DNA of 43,943 nt, from contig JAUCBJ010008307.1 in NCBI GenBank assembly GCA_032718475.1, positions 1-43,943 on the forward strand, written 5' to 3'. This document shows, one piece after another, positions 39,165 to 43,943 of the stretch. Numbering within the stretch: position 1 is the stretch's first letter; each line of letters starts with the position of its first letter. The notes beneath the pieces were generated by a model. It saw only the letters and a list, made by a program, of their open reading frames with translations. It did not search any database and was not told where the DNA came from. The position numbers were made by a program, and so were the translations under genes. The stretch is from Nemertoderma westbladi. Its lineage: Eukaryota; Animalia; Xenacoelomorpha.

Positions 39165-39311
39165 ACTGAGTAGCGATGTTACTGAGGGCAGGTCATTAAT
39201 ATATATTAAAAAGAGTAGAGGTCCCAATATTGAACCCCGAGGAACGCCAGTCGTTATCGGAAGAAAGTCTGAGTAGCTACACTGAACCAATTTTAACATA
39301 CACCAGTATTT

Positions 39312-39835
39312 ACACGTTCGTGGGGACTTCGCGCAGCACGTAGTCGGCAAGCCTTGGCATACGGTTCATATAGAGCAAATGGGGCATGTCTAGTTTGGAC
39401 CCAATATCCCATGCTATAAATGTATTCATTCGATATACAATCATATGTTAATCCGCTAGGTGGTGTCAAATTGTTATTCTGCAATTTCGTACTTACCAGT
39501 GCAGCACTGTACAGCAGTACCGTACCGGTAGGCCTATGTCATTACTTCTGAGTCTCTAGCGGATCCCCAATTAAATGTCTTAACTTTTCAATTTCGTAAA
39601 AGATAGACTTCATGATTCTCTACAGGCCACCAAAATTTCAGCTCAGGAAAATGAGGCCTTCCCGAGAAATTTAACATTTTCTACAAACCACATAATCTGT
39701 CGTAGCTGACGTCAGACTGCATGATTTTTCACCAAACTTTACAAACTTTCTAAACTTTCTCTCTACTACTTACCTACTCAGTTTGGTTCAATTCCGAACC
39801 AGCGATGCAGAGAAATTCGCGTTCAAACATTTACC

Positions 39836-39895
<60 letters not shown>

Positions 39896-39961
39896 GGACA
39901 TGCCCCATTTGCCCTATATGAACCGTATGCCAAGGCTCGCCGACTACGTGTCTCGCCCCAC
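39312..39961. mobile_element. Related HINE-like element with (CAGA)n
   Basis: ACACGTTCGTGGGG...CACGTAGTCGGC at the start, GCCGACTACGTG...CTCGCCCCAC at the end; (CAGA)n at 39836-39895. Confidence 0.65.
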
Positions 39962-40287
39962 ATAGGCCTATACTATAACGTATATTACGTATAAAACATT
40001 ATTTAAAACGGCCAATAAATATCAATCGAAATAATTCAGAATAGCAAAAATCATTTAAAACGATCAATAATATCACTCGTATTTAAATTATTGAATATTG
40101 ATACTAAATGTATGCCATAATGTTATGTGATATATTTTATTATGAAATTAAAAAATTACCAAAAGTATAAATTATTTTCAAGTTGTCAAAATAATATTGA
40201 CCTAAAATTTGTTGTAAAGAGGTCGACTATTTTTGGATCTAGAGTTAAAGAAAATAACACATCATACACACAGTATTTACATAATAA

Positions 40288-40584
40288 TACACGTTCGTGG
40301 GGCGTCGCGCAGCACGCGAACTTGAGCAAGTTCGAAACAAGTTCGATTTGATCTGGAGTCAAAAGTTCGAGAGGTATTTGCCCGTAACTTTCAAAAATAT
40401 TGGAACTTTTTCTCTAGTATGCCCATACAAAATTTGGTTGAAAATGGTTAAAATCTTCAAAAGTTATTTACGAATGAATTTTTCATTACAGACAGACAGA
40501 CGGACAGACAGTCGGACAAACAGAGAGACGGACATGAAATGTTGCCCTATATTTACTAAGCCCTGACTGCTTGGCTCGCCCCAC
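40288..40584. mobile_element. Third, short HINE-like relative
   Basis: Same ACACGTTCGTGGGG start, CAGA repeats and CTCGCCCCAC end. Confidence 0.6.
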
Positions 40585-40934
40585 AGTAGAGTATATAATT
40601 AATAGCTTGTCACAAAAAGTTCCATATTGTTATCATTTTTCTATTTAGTGAACATTGTTGTTCTACTTTTAATCTCTATCAATTCTAATTATATAAAATT
40701 TAAGAAATTCTACCAAAAGTATTTTTATTTATAAATATTTTTATTATTATACTATTTTTAACAACAAAATGTGATTTTTCGTAATGCTTATACATGGTAG
40801 GATTATTTCGCTTGTTATTTTTCAATAGGGTTAGTAGGTTAGACCTCAACCATAATTAAAACTGCGCCACTCTTGTCAAACAAACTGTACCGGGTGTTCC
40901 ATAATGATTGCCCGCCCCCCCTGGCCATTGATTG

Positions 40935-41085
40935 GAATTTTTATCGAGATAAGATACTAGTTGAGTATTTATTATAGTTTCGTAAATTTTATTAAATACA
41001 GAGTGAAGCGAAATTGGTCTATAGTTTGGGGATTGAAGCGGGCTGCCATCTTTGTAAAGTGGAATGACCTTTGCCACCTTTAATA
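40935..41085 (-). pseudogene. CR1/L2-like LINE RT N-terminal fragment
   Basis: AKVIPLYKDG...NYRPISL.SVFNKIYE. Confidence 0.8.
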
Positions 41086-41198
41086 AAACCCTTTGATATA
41101 AATATTAAGTATCATTTCTATAGTTTATCTATAGTTTCCAGTTTCCATTTATCTCTGGCTATATCTATAGTTTAAATATATATCCCATCATAGTAGAC

Positions 41199-42660
41199 AT
41201 GTACCGAACAACAAGAGTCCCACATGAAATGAAAACAAATAAGTTGGTTCCAGTACCCAAGAAGGGCAACCTAACACTCTATGGTTCTTTTCGGAGAATC
41301 TCATTGATCTCGATTGCTGCAAAGCTATACAATAAAATTCTATTAAATCGCATCAGGGATCCCATTGAGAGACTGCTACGTGGAAATCAGAATGGGTTCT
41401 GTAAAGGTCGTGGGACCATGGAGCCCATTTTGGCACTTAGAAGGATAATTGAAGAGTTATCAAAAAAGAAAGACAGGCATCTGGCTGTTATCTTTGTTGA
41501 CTTCTGCAAGGCCTTTGATTCAGTCTCTCGCTCACGTATGTTCAGCATACTGTCAATATATGGCAATCCTTATGAAATTATTGCAGCAATCAGATCAGTA
41601 TACGATGGTTCGACAACATTTGTGTCTCCTGTTGACGGTGACACAGAACCATTTGAAGTGTTATGGGGCATCCTCCAGGGAGACACCTTGCACCAATCTT
41701 GTTCATAATTGTTGTTGACTATGTTCTACGCATGTCCTTAGATCATCACAATGATGATGGGGTGATGATAACTCCACCTACTGGCTCCAGAAGTCGAGGA
41801 AATCCTGCCAAGTACCTAACTGATCTAGACTTTGCTGATGACTTAGGAGTACTCTCAGAATCATTAGAGGGAGCCCAACGGCTCCTCAGCTCATTAGAAC
41901 ATGCTGCTTCTAGTGTTGGTCTTTTTATTAACTCCAGAAAGACCAACATTTTGACAGTTAACCTTTGAAAGTCCTCAGCAAGTCTCTGATCGGATGAGCA
42001 TAAGCTCAAAGGATGGCATGCTTGAGCATGTGGACGACTTCTGTTACCTGGGATCATGGATCCGGAAGTCAGGTGAGGACCTTCGAATACGTAAGGGAAA
42101 GGCATGGGCAGCCTTGAATAGGCTTTCCAGGATTTGGAAGTCACCGAGAATTAATCGGAAACTGAAGGTCCGATTATTTAGAGCAGCAGTAGTTCCAGTA
42201 CTCCTCTACGGGAGACCATGCTGGGCTCTAACTGCTGAGGACACCAAATCTCTGGATGGCACATTCACAAGAATGCTACGCCGGGTTCATTGTGTCAAGT
42301 ACAATGCACACATCTCCAACCAGACACTATATAACATTGGAGGTGTCTCATTGGTTCCCCCAAGCTTGACACTAGAACAAAATCGCCTCCGCTTTGCAGG
42401 ACATTGCTTTCGCCGTGAGGACCAACCAGTGCATAATCTTGTACTTTGGCAGCCTCATGGAGTGAATAAGCATGGTGGACAGCCCATGACTTTCTTGAGA
42501 CGCATCTTAAAGGACACTGGCCTTGAAGATGCGGATGATCTAGCAAATGTCATGGGTGATAGGGAGTTGTGGCGGTGCAAATTTGTTGACAAGCCGGCAC
42601 AGCATTCTTAAAAATGCAGCTGCAATGCAGCATGCCGATCCTAGTAGTAGTAGTAGTAGT
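41199..42660 (+). mobile_element. 5'-truncated, frameshifted RTE-like non-LTR retrotransposon with a (TAG)n tail
   Basis: LVPVPKKG, QNGF.KGR, FVDFCKAFDSV, GILQGDTL/APILF, LDFADDL, FCYLGS, RLRFAGH; tail CTAGTAGTAGTAGTAGTAGT. Confidence 0.9.
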
Positions 42661-43019
42661 ATGCCCCCCCCCCCCCCCCGGCCATCCAAAACTGCCAGAC
42701 ATGCACCTTAGTGTAATATACCGTTTGAAAGATAATTTAATTCTGAGCTTGCATGCAAAAATTTAAGGTCCAATACAAAAGTATACAAATTTTATAGGCT
42801 ATTATTTACACCTAACTTATTTTTCAAAATTTTTTATTTAATCACATATTAAAAAAATATATATAATTTATCCAGCGTTAGTCATTAGCTTTGCAGCGCT
42901 GTTTAAACAGTTATTTCTGTCAGACCTTTGCTGTATTGCAATATATTACAGTATTCAGTTAACGGTATTAGTTTTTCTTTGGTAATTTTACTGAATTAGG
43001 CCTAACAGAAGTAATTAAA

Positions 43020-43943
43020 ATGACAAGTTCCAGTGCAATCTTCGATGACTCTGAAGAAAAGCGTAAGGTTGACAGGATCAGAGCGGTTACTTTTAGAGAG
43101 GCTCGTGATGCTGTGGCAAATGGTGTGCAAGATAGCAAGGAAGTGGATCGCGGAGAAGATAATGCGTAGTGAAGATTTTGTGAAGCGAAACTGGAATCGA
43201 GATCCATACAATTGCGGGAAGGTGAAAACAACTGGAAGACCACTTTCTCTTTCACAAGAGTCTAAGGATATTCTTGCTGAGTTGAGGCCGCCCTAAGAAA
43301 TCAGTGTGGGCCATCCAAAAAGAAATCCTTCTTAATCGTAGCAAAGTGAAAAGTATTGTCTCCATCCATAAGGAACTCCAAAGGCAAGGGTTTAAACCCT
43401 TTCACATTGTTAAACGTCCGCTGGTTACCGAACTACACCGTGAGGATCGGCTTACATTTTGTAACGTGGTTGTTTGTCTGTGGGATGAGGTGGACTTTAT
43501 GCATGTTGCCTGCAGTGATGAGTTCTTTGTTTGGACAGTGCGTAAACCAAACCATCAGAATAACAGAATTTGGTCCCTGCGATTGGAGGATATTGATGAT
43601 GAGTTCCGCATTCGTCTGATGCCTAACCGTCCAGAGTGTGCTGGGTTTTTTATAATGTTTACAGCTTGTAGGATGATGTTTGTCATCAAAGATCAGGGAC
43701 AGTCGTGGGATGGCGAATACTTTAGGCAAGTTATTCATGCTGAGAATGTTCTGCCCTTCTTAGACAACCCTGAACGTGACTTTTCTTCATGACCGTGCGC
43801 CCTGTATGAAAGCTATAGCAACTCAGCAGTTGTTACTGGCGTCTGGTGTTGACTTCTTTGGAAACAATGAGTGGCCGGGAAATTCCCCTGACCTGAACCC
43901 AGCAGAGGATTTAGGAGCTATTGTCAAGCAACGCGTTGAAGAC
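43020..43943 (+). pseudogene. IS630/Tc1/mariner transposase remnant with DD37E spacing, running off the window
   Basis: CSDEFF, then after a frameshift HDRAP...WPGNSPDLNPAE; 37 residues counted between the second D and E. Confidence 0.85.

Noticed and set aside
42641-42660. AGTAGT run as the missing second Polinton terminus
   Set aside because: It is the (TAG)n tail of the RTE-like LINE, and the following sequence does not match 7860-7895.

Overview
AT-rich animal (probably marine invertebrate) genomic DNA. The backbone is a minus-strand, multi-exon polypeptide N-acetylgalactosaminyltransferase (GALNT) gene. I spliced nine coding exons by hand (30026 down to 8001, 544 codons, all GT-AG and phase-compatible); the last ricin-repeat exon is not in the window. 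The intron after exon 9 holds the right-hand part of a decayed Polinton/Maverick-type element (about 540-7901, ending in ACTACT). Read from the terminus inward, it carries a repeat-rich terminal region, a ~400-bp fold-back flanked by direct repeats, a PC4-like ORF, a broken protein-primed DNA polymerase B and a TBP-like ORF. The TBP-like plus PC4-like pair around the polymerase is the most interesting signal. Intron 6 holds a very young 13.2-kb non-autonomous BEL/Pao LTR retrotransposon (GGCTA TSD) that lacks RT, most of RNase H and integrase, has a chimeric 5' LTR, and has an AT-rich interruption inside gag. Upstream of the gene (30.6-43.9 kb) is a nest of repeats: a fold-back element with a 53-bp array and a split right arm, Helentron-associated-like elements, CR1/L2-like and RTE-like LINE remnants, MITEs and a DD37E Tc1/mariner transposase remnant. 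All family calls come from motif recognition by eye; no database searches were run.
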